From positions 682,001-746,000 of the forward strand of contig NW_027590197.1 in assembly GCF_964213995.1 (NCBI RefSeq): 64,000 nt of DNA, read 5' to 3'. The notes under the pieces were generated by a model. The model did no database searches. It was given only the letters and a program-made list of their open reading frames with translations, and was not told the origin of the DNA. The position numbers and the translations under genes are program-made. The stretch is from Mustelus asterias (Eukaryota). This document shows positions 51,272-63,674 of the stretch, piece after piece (the first letter of the stretch is position 1; every line of letters starts with the position of its first letter).

Positions 51272-51619
51272 CTGGGTTCAGTTCTCCAGCTGCTGTCTGC
51301 AGACTGACAATAAAACCAATGGGTCTGATTGGAGGTGTTGGGGCCTCCAGCGGGTGTTTGTGAATCCTCCCCGCCCACCTCCCAGGGTTTCCTTCCTTCC
51401 CAGAGATCAGAGTCCTCATTGATTTGAGGTCAAAGTGTAACCTCTTATTTATTGTCCCCCTCCCCCATCCTCTGATGTGAACCATCCTCCAGTGGCTGAG
51501 CCAGGATGGGGCCGTTAACCTGGGCCTGTTCCCGGGAGGGAGAAGCCCCGCAGCTGCAAACCAGGGAGCTGACAATGATTCTGAAGGGTTTGCGGATCCA
51601 CAAAGTGTTTCCAAATCCT

Positions 51620-51985
51620 CCCAGCCACCGCCTAACGCTGACTCCGCTTCTCCGGGACAAACAAGCGCCAAGGACAGCAATGACACTGCGCATGCTCCAC
51701 ATCACAATGCCCGGGCACTGATTGACGGCAGCTCCGGACCAATAGGAAGAGGGGGTGGGGCTGGAAGACCGAGCGGGAGCGGCTGGTCCTCCAACCAATC
51801 GGAATGAATGAGGGGCGGGACCTGAAGCATGCGCAGTGCGGGTGAACCAGATAAACCTGTTGGACTTTAACCTGGTGTTGTTTGACTTGTTGCTGTGTTT
51901 ACCCCAGTCCAAAGCCGGCATCTCCACATCAGTGCGGGTAATGGCGACGGACGGCCGGTTTTAGTTTGGAAGCGAGATCAATGAA
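51620..51985. promoter_or_regulatory. CpG promoter module between divergent ZNF genes; small Penelope insert at 51844-51929
   Basis: Near-identical to 6440-6715; insert TSD CAGTGCGGGT. Confidence 0.7.
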
Positions 51986-51999
51986 GGGAAAGGAATGAC

Positions 52000-52515
52000 T
52001 GGCAAATGGGAGGTTTTAAAAGTGTGATATCAAGAGACCAGGGTCAGTATATTCCTGTTAAGATGCAGGGAAATAATGGTAAATTTAGGGATCTCTGGCA
52101 GACAAGGGACATTGAGGCTCTGGTCAGGTAAAAGAAGGAAGCATACATTGGGTTTAGGCAATCGGGGACAAGTGAATCACTCTGACTATAAAAAGTGTAA
52201 GAAAATACTGAAGAGGGAAATCAGGAGGACAAAAAGAGGGTATGATATGGATCTGGCAGGTAAGATTAAAGAAAATTCCAAGAGGTTCTATGGCTATATT
52301 AAGAGTAAAAGGGTGGCTAGAGAGAGAATAGATCCCCTTAAAAATCAGTATGGCCATCTGTGTGTGGAGCCACAGGAGATGGGTGAGATTTTTAATGAAT
52401 ACTTCTCCTCTGTGTTTACTGCGGAGAGCACCATGGGTGCGAAAGAAATAAGGGAAACAAGTGGTGATGTCTTGGGCACACGCATGTTACTTGGGAGGAG
52501 GTATCTGCAGCCTTA
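52000..52515 (+). mobile_element. Degenerate CR1 ORF2 middle fragment
   Basis: KIKENSKRFYGYIKSKR..EIFNEYFSSVFT. Confidence 0.7.
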
Positions 52516-53188
52516 TAAAAGCAAATTACTGCGGATGCTGGAATCTGAAACCAAGAGAGAAAATGCTGGAAAATCTCAGCAGGTCTGGCAGCATCTGTAA
52601 GGAGAGAAAAGAGCTGATGTTTCTTGTCTCGATGACCCTTTGTCAAAGCTCTGAAACATCAGTTCTTTTCTCTCCATACAGATGCTGCCAGACCTGCTGA
52701 GAATGGGGAGAGAGTGTGTGGAATGGAGATTTACAGCTTCTGGGGAATGAGAGAGGAAAGAATGTTCCATAGAAATTGTCTGTTCTGAATTTCTATCCTG
52801 TACTGACACTGATGACTTTTGGAAACTCATTTTACAGGATATTGAAAGAGGAATCACAGGCTGAAATCTCAAACGTCACGTCTCGATCTGACAGAGTCTT
52901 ATTCCTTGGGACCTCAATATCATCGGCCTTTGAATCTTGAAGGAGAAATGATTGTCCAGTCTGTCGATTTGAAAAGATTTGAAATGTCAGTGTGAGTGAA
53001 AAAGCATCAACACACTGCCACACTTGAGAGAGAGTGTTCCAATGCACTGACTAAAGAGCTTTAACCAGTTACACAGTCTGAATAAATATCACACCATTCA
53101 CAGCGGGTAGAGACTGTAATCTTGTTCTGTGTGGGGACGAAGTTTCAACTAATTGTCCACCCAAGAGAGAGGTAAGGACACCCGCACC

Positions 53189-54283
53189 ATGGAGAAACCG
53201 TGGAAATGTGCAGACTGTGGGAAAAGATACAGAGCCCCATCTCTGCTGGAAGCTCATCGGCGCAGCCACACTGGGGAGAGACCATTCACCTGCTCTCAGT
53301 GTGAGAAGGGATTCATTCAGTTATCCAGCCTGCGGACACACGAGCGAGTTCACACTGGGGAGAGGCCATTCACCTGCTCTGAATGTGGGAAGGGATTCAC
53401 GCAGTCATCCCACCTGCAGACACACCAGCGAGTTCACACTGGGGTGAGGCCATTCACTTGCTCTCAGTGTGGGAAGGGATTCATTCAGTTATCTACCCTG
53501 CGGACACACGAGCGAGTTCACACTGGGGAGAGGCCATTCACCTGCTCTCAGTGTGGGGAGGGATTCACTTGTTCATCCAACCTGCAGACACACGAGCGAG
53601 TTCACACTGGGGAGAGGCCGTTCACCTGCTCTCAGTGTGGGGAGGGATTCACTTGTTTATCCACCCTGCGGACACACCAGCGAGTTCACACTGGGGAAAG
53701 GCCCTTCACCTGCTCTCAGTGTGGGAAGGGATTCACTCAGTTATCCAATTTGCGGGCTCACCAGCGACTTCACACAGGGGAGAGGCCATTCACCTGCTCT
53801 CAGTGTGGAAAGGGATTCACCCAGTCATCCGAGCTGTGGGCACACCAGCGAGTTCACACTGGGGAGAGGCCCTTCACCTGCTCTCAGTGTGGGAAGGGAT
53901 TCACTCAGTCATCCAACCTGCAGACACACCAGCGAGTTCACACTGGGGAGAAACCATTCACCTGCTCTCAGTGTGGGAAGGGATTCACTCAGTTATCCCA
54001 CCTGCAGGCACACCAGCAAGTTCACACTGGGGAGAGACCATTCACCTGCTCTCAGTGTGGGAAGGGATTCACTCAGTTATCCCACCTGCAGAGACACCAG
54101 CAAGTTCACACTGGGGAGAGGCCATTCACCTGCTCTCAGTGTGGGAAGGGATTCACTCGGTTATTCCACCTGCAGGCACACCAGCGAGTTCACACTGGGG
54201 AGAGGCCGTTCACCGGCTCTCAGTGTGGGAAGGGATTCAGAGTTTCATCCCGGCTGCTGAGACATCAGCAAGTTCATGAGTGA
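53189..54283 (+). CDS. Intact C2H2 zinc-finger protein, 13 fingers (the last lacks a Cys)
   Basis: ACCATGGAG at 53189; acceptor ends at 52837; paralog of the 13063 and 40691 genes. Confidence 0.9.
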   Translation: MEKPWKCADCGKRYRAPSLLEAHRRSHTGERPFTCSQCEKGFIQLSSLRTHERVHTGERPFTCSECGKGFTQSSHLQTHQRVHTGVRPFTCSQCGKGFIQLSTLRTHERVHTGERPFTCSQCGEGFTCSSNLQTHERVHTGERPFTCSQCGEGFTCLSTLRTHQRVHTGERPFTCSQCGKGFTQLSNLRAHQRLHTGERPFTCSQCGKGFTQSSELWAHQRVHTGERPFTCSQCGKGFTQSSNLQTHQRVHTGEKPFTCSQCGKGFTQLSHLQAHQQVHTGERPFTCSQCGKGFTQLSHLQRHQQVHTGERPFTCSQCGKGFTRLFHLQAHQRVHTGERPFTGSQCGKGFRVSSRLLRHQQVHE

Positions 54284-54534
54284 TGACAGGAGTTGGATTC
54301 TGCTGTTATTGTTTCTGCTCTCAATTACATCCAGGACTGCATTTTGTTCATTCTCACAGTTGGTCAATGGGGAGGGTCAGAGGGTTTCTTTGTGCTGGAC
54401 TGGCCGGTCTCAGCCTCCAGTGGGCTGATGCTCTTTCAGTCTTTTTGTGAATACCTGGTTTCAAATGTCACAAGGATCACAGAGTGACAGGGTGTTAGGA
54501 AGTTCAGAGATATTTAGTCAGAAGAAAACAGAGG

Positions 54535-55572
54535 TTGGCAGTGCAAAGGTACATTTCTGAATGGAGGGCTGTGACAAGTGACATTCCTCAGGGATCAGTG
54601 CTGGGACCTTTGCTGTTTGTAATATATATAAATGATTTGGAGGAAAATGTAACTGGTTTGATTGGTAAGTTTGTGGACGACACAAAGGTTGGTAGAATTG
54701 CGGATAGCGATGGGGACCGGCAGAGGATACAGCAGGATATAGATCAGTTGGAGACTTGGGCGGAGAGATGGCAGATGAAGTTTAATCCGGACAAATGTGA
54801 GGTAATGAATTTTGGAAGGTCAAATACAGGTGGGAAATATACAGCAAATGGCAGAACCCTTAAGAGTATTCATAGGCAGAGGGATCTGGGTGTCCAGGTA
54901 CACAGGTCATTGAAAGTGGCAACGCAGGTGGAGAAGATAGTCAAGAAGGCATACGGCATGCTTGCCTTTATCGGCCGGGGCATTGAGTTTAAAAATTGGT
55001 AAGTCATGTTGCATCTTTATAGAAACTTAGTTAGACCGCACTTGGAATCTAGTGTTCAGTTCTGGTCACCACACTACCAGAAGGATGTGGAGGCTTTGGA
55101 GAGGGTACGGAAAATATTTATCAGGATGTTGCCTGGTGTGGAGGGCATTAGCTATGAGGAGAGGTTGGAGGAACTTGGTTTGTTCTCACTGGAATGACGG
55201 AGGTTGAGGGGAGACCTGATAGAAGTCTACAAGACAGAGTGGATATTCAGAAGCTTTTTCCCAGGGTGGAAGAGTCAGTTACTAGGGGACACAGGTTTAA
55301 GGTGCGAGGGGCAAGGTTTAAAGGAGATGTACAAGGCAGGTTTTTTACACAGAGGGTGGTGGGTGCCTGGAACTCGTTGCCGGGGAAGGTAGTGGAAGCA
55401 GATACGATAGTGACTTTAAGATGTGTCTTGACAAATATATGAATAGCATAGGAATAGAGGGATATGGTCCCCAGAAAGGTAGGGGGTTTTAGTTCAGACG
55501 GGCAGAATGGTTGCTGCAGGCTTGGAGGGCCAAAGGGCTTGTTTCTGTGCTGTAATTTTCTTTGTTCTTCGT
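54535..55572 (+). mobile_element. 5'-truncated CR1, absent from the paralogous flank at about 14640
   Basis: [15 protein letters not shown] and 3' tail. Confidence 0.85.
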
Positions 55573-57719
55573 TCTGTTTGGAACATCCCAAATGCCCATC
55601 CAATTTCCTTTTTAATTGTTTATTGTCTCCACTTCCTCCACCCTCGTAGGCAGCGAGTTCCAGGTCATTACCATTCGCTGCATCAGAATATTCTTCCTCA
55701 CATCTCCCCCCCCCACTCCCCCCCCGCCCCCCCCCCCCACTCCCCCTCTTGCATCTCTGACCCAAAACAAGAAATCTGTGTCCCCCTCGTCTTGTCCCTT
55801 CAGCTATTGGGAACAGCTTTTCTTTGTCCACCTATCTAAACCTGTCAGAATCTTGTCCACCTCTATCAAATCTCCCCTCAACCTCCTTTGCTCCAAGGAA
55901 AACAACCCCAGTCTGACATTGACAATAAAGAACAAACCAACAGAATATGTTAATACCTGAAATCAAATGGGAATGTTTAATTTCTGTTTTAAAGATATTG
56001 TGAATATATTGTCCTGGACAATAACGGAATTGGAATAACTCACCTTGGGTGTGGTTGAATGGAATATATCAATCTGATATCCACCTGCAGTCTAGTGAAA
56101 GTCTGGAATGTGTAGCTGGAAATCCCTCCCTAACAGCACTGTGGGTGTACTTACACCTCAGGCATTGTAGCAGTTCAGGAAGGCAGTGTTGGGGTTGACC
56201 ATGGCCGAGGCAGCTACATACAGCCACATATTCTGTTATAATTGAAGGACTGCAGATTGAATGTGAGGCATTGTGGGACTGGACTATCTTGACCACATTC
56301 CTGTGACTGCCCGGAAACACGTGTGTATTTTAGTTTATAATTGAGGATTTCTGGGAATAAGTTAAATGCGGAAATATTAAGCATCGCCTGGAGGAATTTG
56401 GAATAACTGAGAATTTTATCCCCAGATAAAGAACAAAGATTTTGCCGGTGTTTGGCTATAACGTGTTTGGGATTTTAAATCAACAAAGATGTTGCCTCTA
56501 AAATCAGTCCTTGTCGGTTGGCTTTAAAAAGGTTCAGTTATAATGAAGGACCTTGTATCTTATTTTAATCAAGGAGTTGTGAGCTTGTAGTGCTCTGTCG
56601 CTTTAAGAAGCTACAGCTGCGAGAGAGAATGCTGAAGATTCATTGTTTGAAATTTACGAGCTGTGAGAATCTGTGTGTTTTGTTTGTTTTCTGTGGATGT
56701 TTGTAGATATGTTTTATCATTGTTTTGGGCTACATTTGTTAAGGTTTATCTTTCTGGGGAATTAACCTCACCTTGAGTCTTTAATTAAAGGCATTTTTGG
56801 AAGTTTAAAAACAGAATCACAAGAACACTTCAGTAATTAATTTTGGTTATTGTTGTTGTAAAGCACATGCTAAGTTTCTCTGTTTGTGTGTGGATGATAT
56901 TTGTGGGATGAATGCTTCAAGCCTTGAGGTTTTCTGTCTGTGATTTAAATCAAACAGATTTTTAAAAAAGGAAGTGTGATCAATGAAACTTTTTTTGTTC
57001 AGAAGTTATGAACCTGGAGCCATTTTTACTGGCCAGAGACAGGATTCCAGGATATTTTACTAAACATGTGGGAATTTTAATCCGGATACAATTCACCCAT
57101 GTGAGAATGAGAGTTTTAATTTGTAATGGTTATTTAAAATTTGACACATGTGAAATGATTCAGACCAATCCTGTGTTGGATTGATCTTGGGTTAAACTTC
57201 CTGTCAGGTCCAAAGATTTATTCCTGACGCAAGTAACACAAAGAAAAGGAAAATTCTGGAATTGGATACTGAAGAAAAGAGTTTAAAAAGAGAGAGCATT
57301 AAATAGAAATGTTCCCAGACCATGTGGTCATTAGATTAAAACAAAGGAAGAGTGCTGACGGCCATTTGAGAACTTGTAATCCACCCCATTTCTAACTAAG
57401 GGAGTCTATGTACAAAGAAAGCCCAAGAAAGACCCCCCCCCCAAGGGGGGTCTGGAAAGCATCATGATGGGGGCACCTGTCCATGAGATGATCACAAAGC
57501 CCCATAATGCCCAGTTACTACTTTGATTGAACCTATAATGTATGTAATCTATCACCATTCTGATTGGATTGTGTCCAGCCAGGATGGTCTGAGTAACTGG
57601 ATAAGAATTGATGATATTCTTTGTTGGGTGGAGTTGCACATGGTCAGCCCCTGTGGCTTCTCCCCGCTGGCGTAACTCAATAAACTGTTTGTCGATTGAA
57701 TCAGTCACAACACACTGGG

Positions 57720-58782
57720 TACATTACCACTTCATCCTTGGGAGTGGCCTGATAGGCCGTGGTCCAGACTAAATGTGGCCTTTGGGGGGGCCTTTCATGA
57801 ATCACATGTGTTTGGTCATTGTAAATGTGCATTCAAAATGGTTGGAAGCACAGATCATGAGTAATATTCCAGCTCCTGTGGCAATAGAGAAGCTCTGTCA
57901 AATTTTCACTTGCCCTGGGTTACCAGATTTGCTTGTTTCAGATAACGACACTCTGTTTACAAGTGAGGTGTTTCAGGAATTCCTGTAAAGGAATGGTCTA
58001 CGCCATGTGCGTACTGCACCGTTTCATCTGGCTACAAATGGTCTCGCAGAAAGAGCTGTTCAAACTCTGAAGGAGGGATTGAAGAGAATGGCAGGCGATA
58101 CTTTAAGAACAAGCTCTCAAGATTTTTGTTCCAGTTTCGCATCACACCACAATCCACAACCGGACTCTCTCCTGTGGAATTTTTAGGTAGAAGGTTGAAG
58201 TCACATCTGGATCTGCTTCATCCAGATCTCAGAGCAAAAGTGAGCAGGAGACAAGAGAAGCAGAAGGAGGGACATGACTGCCACGCCAAAGAGAGGCAGT
58301 TCAAACCGGGTGATCAGGTTTACATCAGAAAGTTTGGGAGTGACCAAAGGTGGTTACCGGGAATAATTTTAAACCAAAGTGGTCCAGTATCTTGGGTGGT
58401 GAGACTGTAAAATGGAAGAGTTGTTCACAGACACCAAGACCATATTCGTTTGCGGTGTGACCCTGAGTCAGGAACAGTTTCAGAGTCAGCAACCATTACT
58501 GAGAACATGGCAGAGGGTCATGCTGCTGTGGATGTTCACCAGGAAATGGCTCCAGCTTTGCCAGTTGACTCTGCTGTGGGAGTGGAAGAGGAATGTTCAT
58601 GTACAGATTCTCAAACTACCTCTTCACCTCCCATTCCAGAAACACCATTACAAGATTTACCAGTGGTATTGTACAGGTCGCAATGCAACCACAAAGCTCC
58701 TGACAGACTTCCGTATTGTTAAAGACATTACTTTGTTGTATTTCTGTCCTGATGGGGGATTGAAATTTAAGGAGAGGAGAAG
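57720..58782 (+). mobile_element. Gypsy (Mag/K02A2.6-like) integrase remnant, PPT, LTR starting about 58783
   Basis: LHPWEWP.RPWSRL, SKWLEA, VSDN..FTS, TAPFH.ATNGLAERAVQTLK; AAGGAGAGGAGAAG followed by TG. Confidence 0.8.
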
Positions 58783-59204
58783 TGTTACAGAGTGTTCTTC
58801 TCAGCCTCTCTCCCTTCTGAGCACGTGCGGGCTTTGGGCGGGCTTTCAGTCTGCAAGTCCAGGCTGGTTCCAATGCTCCTGTTTCCTTTTGTTTGCCAAT
58901 GATTTTTAAACTTTCTTATTTATATAAAGAAGATCCTGCTTTTCACAATGCATTTGACTACCTTATTTGTGGACTGAAGTTCCCACAATTGTAAAGCAGG
59001 AGATGAGTTAAATGGACAACCTGAATTGAGAGACAATTAAAGAATAAATGATTCATTAATACAGATGTTAGGATGGAAATGTAAATTTGAACACAAAAGT
59101 TTACAACGTTTAGAATTATAAAGATATAAAGAATGTTTAAAATGCTGTGGGAATTATAAAATGTTACCTTCTGGCACCAACCGAATAGAAAGAAACAGAT
59201 CACA

Positions 59205-59545
59205 AGGGCCACACGGTAGCACAGTGGTTAGCACTGCTGCTTCACAGCTCCAGGGACCCGGGTTCGATTCCCGGCTTGGGTCACTGTCTGTGTGGAGTTT
59301 GCACATTCTCCTCGTGTCTGCGTGGGTTTCCTCCGGGTGCTCCGGTTTCCTCCCACAGTCCAAAGATGTGCGGGTTAGGTTGATTGGCCAGGTTAAAAAA
59401 ATTGCCCCTTAGAGTCCTGGGATGCGTAGGTTAGAGGAATTAGTGGGTAAAATATGTGGGGGTGGGGCCTGGGTGGGATTGTGGTCGGTGCAGACTCGAT
59501 GGGCCGAATGGCCTCCTTCTGCACTGTAGGGTTTCTATGATTTCT
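59205..59545 (+). mobile_element. HE1/V-SINE with CR1-like tail
   Basis: A/B-box head GGTTCGATTCC, V core and tail. Confidence 0.85.
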
Positions 59546-59561
59546 ACGAAGACTTGGTGGC

Positions 59562-59862
59562 GTGGCGCGGTGCCACAGTGGTTAGCACTGCTGCCTCACA
59601 GTGCCAGGGACCTGGGCTCAATTCCCGGCTTGGGTGACTATGAGGAGTCTGCACGTCTCCCCCGTGTCTGCGTGGGTTTCCTCCGGGTGCTCCAGTTTCC
59701 TCCCACAGTCCAAAAGACGTGCTGGTTAGGTGCATTAGTCATGTTAAATTCTCAATCAGTGTAACCGATCAGACGCCAGAGTGCGGAAACTAAGGGATTT
59801 TCACAGTAACTTCATTGCAGTGTTAACGTAAGCCTACTGGTGACACTAATAAATAAACTTTA
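59562..59862 (+). mobile_element. V-SINE, second tail type
   Basis: Same head; tail TTCACAGTAACTTCATTGCAGTGTT..AATAAATAAACTT. Confidence 0.85.
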
Positions 59863-60184
59863 ATACTTTCTTAACCTTGACTAGAGGGAATGAATCAGTT
59901 CCTGTTCAAGATGTCTCAACATTGAATGACTGATGTTAACCAATTATTGGTCAACACTCAGGCTACCCCAAGTTAAGAGATATCGTTTGAGAGAAAGAAT
60001 TGTCTTAAAATTCAGACAATGTGTGCAACTTGCTAAAAACCAAACCAGTTTCATTATTGACAAGTTATAGACCAATTGGCTAATTCCCAACAATTGGCTG
60101 AGCTGGGCTTTCTACATTTTGAAAGGATAAAAAAGGGGATTCAAGAAACCAATTTGGTAGATGTTTTTAAAAGTTTAAGGTTTT

Positions 60185-60438
60185 TTAAAGTTTATTTATT
60201 AGTGTCACACATTCACACTGCAATGAAGTTACTCTGAAAATTCCCCAGTCACCACGCTCTGGCGCCTGTTCCGGTAAACCGAGGGAGAATTTAGCATGCT
60301 CAATGTACCTAACCAGCATGTCCTTCGGTCTGTGGGAGAAATCCACACAGACAGGGGGAGAATATGCCGACTCTGCACAGACAGTGACCCAAGCCGGGTC
60401 CCTGGCGCTGTGAGGCAGCAGTGCTAACTACTGTGCCC
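60185..60438 (-). mobile_element. V-SINE, second tail type
   Basis: Head and tail as in the other second-tail copies, reversed. Confidence 0.7.
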
Positions 60439-60832
60439 TACAGAGAGGTGTTGAAAGCTGTTGATTTTACAAGTTATCCATGTTTTCAGAGTGGTCACTT
60501 TTTGTCCTGGTCTGAGAAGGATGGAGAAAAGTCTGTTCAATTGTTCAAGTTAAGCTTTCTCCTTTTACTGTTAATAGATGCTTTGCTTTTTTTATCCTTC
60601 TCTCTTACATTTTTAATCGTTAATAAACTTTCCGAATTCACCATTTAAAGCGTTATTTCTTGCCATTTGGTTAAGTCACTGGAACCTGGTGTGATTTACG
60701 ATTAGGGAGGTTATTGGAAACAAGTGAACCCTATAAATCTTCATTTAAATAAATCAAAGTTTTTACAAATGGAATGCTATCCTTTATTACGAGGGAAATT
60801 GAACATCGGAAAGAGGATGTTATGCTTCAGTT

Positions 60833-61450
60833 ATGATGTGGAGATGCTGACGTTGGACTGGGGTAAACACAGTAAGAAGTCTCACAACACCAGGTTAAAG
60901 TCCAACAAGTTTACTTGGCAGCAAAAGCCACTAGCTTTTGGAGTGCTGCTCCTTCATCAGGTGAGTGGGAGTTCTGTTCACAAACAGGGCATATAAAGAC
61001 ACAAACTCAATTTACAAAATAATGGTTGGAATGCGAGTCTTTACAGGTAATCAAGTCTTAAAGGTACAGACAATGTGAATGGAGAGAGGGCCAAGCACAG
61101 GTTAAAGAGGTGTGTATTGTCTCCAGCCAGGACAGTTAGTGAGATTTTGCAAGCCCAGGCAAGTCGTGGGGGTTACAGATAGTGTGACATAAACCCAAGA
61201 TCCCGGTTGAGGCCATCCTCATGTGTGCGGAACTTGGCTATCAGTTTCTGCTCAGCGATTCTGCGTTGTCGTGTGTTGTGAAGGCCGCCTTGGAGAACGC
61301 TTACCCGAAGATCAGAGGCTGAATGCCCCTGACTGCTGAAGTGTTCCTCAAGTTAAGGGAACACTCCTGCCTGGTGATTGTCGAGCGGTGTTCATTCATT
61401 CGTTGTCGTAGCGTCTGCATGGTCTCCCTAATGTACCATGCCTTGGGACA
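60833..61450 (-). mobile_element. Penelope-like fragment (GIY-YIG end plus pLTR)
   Basis: AWYIRETMQTLRQRMNEH; homologous to 44925-45500. Confidence 0.85.
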
Positions 61451-63530
61451 GGAGCGGTGCCAGAGGACTGGAGGACAGCTGATATGGTACCACTCGTCAA
61501 GAAGGGAAGTAGGGAAAAAAACAACAAATTCCTGGCCAGTGAGTCTAACTTCAGCAATAGGGAAACGATTGGAAAAAGTTCTGGGGGACAGAATTAATTT
61601 CCACTTGGGGAGGTGAGGATTAATCAAGGATGGGCAGCATGGTTTTGGCAAAGAGAGATCATGCCTTACAAATCTGGTTGAATTTTTGAGGAGGTGACTC
61701 GGTGTGTAGATGAGGGGAGTTAAGTTGATGTCGTCAACATGGACTTCATTAAGGCTTTTGACAAGGTCCCACATGGGAGGCTGACGGAGAAGGTAAAAGC
61801 CCATGGGATCCAGGGCAATTTGCCAAACTGGACCCAAAATTGTGTTTGTGACTGGATGCCTGTGTTTAGTGATGTTCTGCAGGGATTGGTGCTGCGTTGC
61901 TTGTTGCTTGTAGTGTACGTTAATGACCTGGATATGAATATAGGAGGTATGATAAGTAAGTTTGCAGATGACACAAAAATTGATGATGTGCTAAAAACCG
62001 AGGAGCAAAACCTTAGATTACAGGACGATATCGACAGGGCGGCACAGAGGCACTGCTGCCTCACAGTGCCAGGGACCCAAGTTTGATTCCCGGCTTGCGT
62101 CACCCTCTGCGTGGAGTCTGCACGTTCTCCCCATGTCTGCGTGGGTTTCCTCCGGGTGCTCCGGTTTCCTCCCACAGTCCAAAAGATGTGTTGATTAGGT
62201 GCATTGGTCATGCTAAATTCTCCCTCAGTGTACCTAAACAGGCGCTGGAGTGTGGCGACTCAGGGATTTTCACAGTAACTTCACTGCAGTGTTAATGTAA
62301 GCCTACTTGTGACACTAGTAAATAAACCTTAAAACTTTAGTTAGATGGGCAGAACAGTGGCAAGTGGAATTCAACCCTGAAAAGATTAGGTAATTTTTGG
62401 AGGACGAGCAATGTAATGGAATGCGCAATGAATGGTCAGATCCTAGGAAGTACAGAGGATCAGAGGAACCTTGGTGTGCATGTCCATAGATCTCTGAAGA
62501 CAGTAGGACAGTTACATAAGGTGGTTCAGAAGGCACATGGGATACTTGCCTTTATTAACCAAGGCATTGAATATATGGCTGTAGAGTTTCACATTCTAAT
62601 CAGTATTCTGTCACTTGATTTTGTGCCTCTGTATGCCCTGTTTCCACTCCATCTGACGAAGGAGCAGCGCTCCGAAAGCTTATGGTATTTGCTACCAAAT
62701 AAACCTGTTGGACTTTAACCTGGTGTTGTGAGACTTCTTACTGTGTTCACCCCAGTCCAACACCGGCATCTCCACATCATGGCCCTGTTTGAGAGCAGAT
62801 ATCCACTCCATCTGACGAAGGAGCAGCACTCTGAAAGCTAATGGCATTTGCTACCAAATAAACCTGTTGGACTTTAACCTGGTGTTGTTAAAACTCTTAC
62901 TGTGTTTACCCCAGTCCAAGGCCACATCATTGAATATAAGGGCAGGGAGGTTATGATGGAGCTGTCTAAAACACTGGATAGGCCACAGCTGGAGTACTGT
63001 GTGCAGTTCTGGTCGCCACACTATAGGAAGGATGTAATTGCACTGGAGAAGGTGCAGAGGAAATTCCCCAGGGTGTTGGCTGGGCTGGAGTGTTTCAGCT
63101 ATGAGGAGAGGCTGGAGAGGCTGGCATTGTTTTTCTTGGAGCAGAGAAGGGTGAGGGGGACCTGATTGAGGTGTATAAAATTCTGAGGGGCACAGATAGG
63201 GGGCATAGGAAGGAACTTTTCTCTTTAGTCGAGAGGTCAATAACCAAGGGCATGGATTTAATTTCAGGAGCAGGAGGTTTATAGGAGAAATGAGGAGAAA
63301 TCTTTTGACCCAGAGGGTCATGAATCTGGAACTCAGTGCCTGAAAGAGTGGTAGAGGTGGGAACCTTCACAACATTTAAGAAGAATTTAGTTAAGCTTTT
63401 GAAATGCCTTAGCATACAAGGTTACGCACAAAGAGTGGAAAATGGGGTTGGAATAGAACGGTCCTTGATGGCCGGCACAAACACGATGGGCCGAAGGGCC
63501 TCTTTCCATGCTGTAAAACTCTATGACCAC
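61451..63530 (+). mobile_element. Degenerate CR1 with a nested V-SINE (62037-62335) and Penelope pLTR tandem (62576-62927)
   Basis: KAFDKV, KFADDTK, QFWSP; pLTR TSD CATTGAATATA. Confidence 0.8.
62645..62845 (+). ncRNA. Two tandem minimal type I hammerhead ribozyme motifs in Penelope pLTRs
   Basis: CCAT-CTGACGA-AGGAGCAGCGCTCC-GAAAGCT-T-ATGG at about 62649-62685; second copy at about 62808-62844. Confidence 0.7.
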
Positions 63531-63674
63531 CCACGTTGGCAGCAAGTTCAATATCATCATCAGTCACAACCCCCCTGTATCTTCACTAACTGAATCAATC
63601 CATTTAAAACATTCTTAGTTGAGGTATGTAGCCATATTTCTGTTTGGCCGGCATCCTGCATGGAGATTTCCAGC

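Noticed and set aside
53383-54279. Long ORFs in the two alternative frames of ZNF arrays
   Set aside because: Known by-product of repeated C2H2 codons (SHWGE and TLGR shadows), not separate genes
56310-57370. AT-rich stretch that may be a retroelement leader
   Set aside because: No recognisable ORF or termini by eye
57375-57712. Possible LTR (TG start, AATAAA, CAACA end)
   Set aside because: No convincing TSD and no matching second copy in the window
59205-59290. tRNA-like heads of SINEs
   Set aside because: Part of V-SINEs, not tRNA genes
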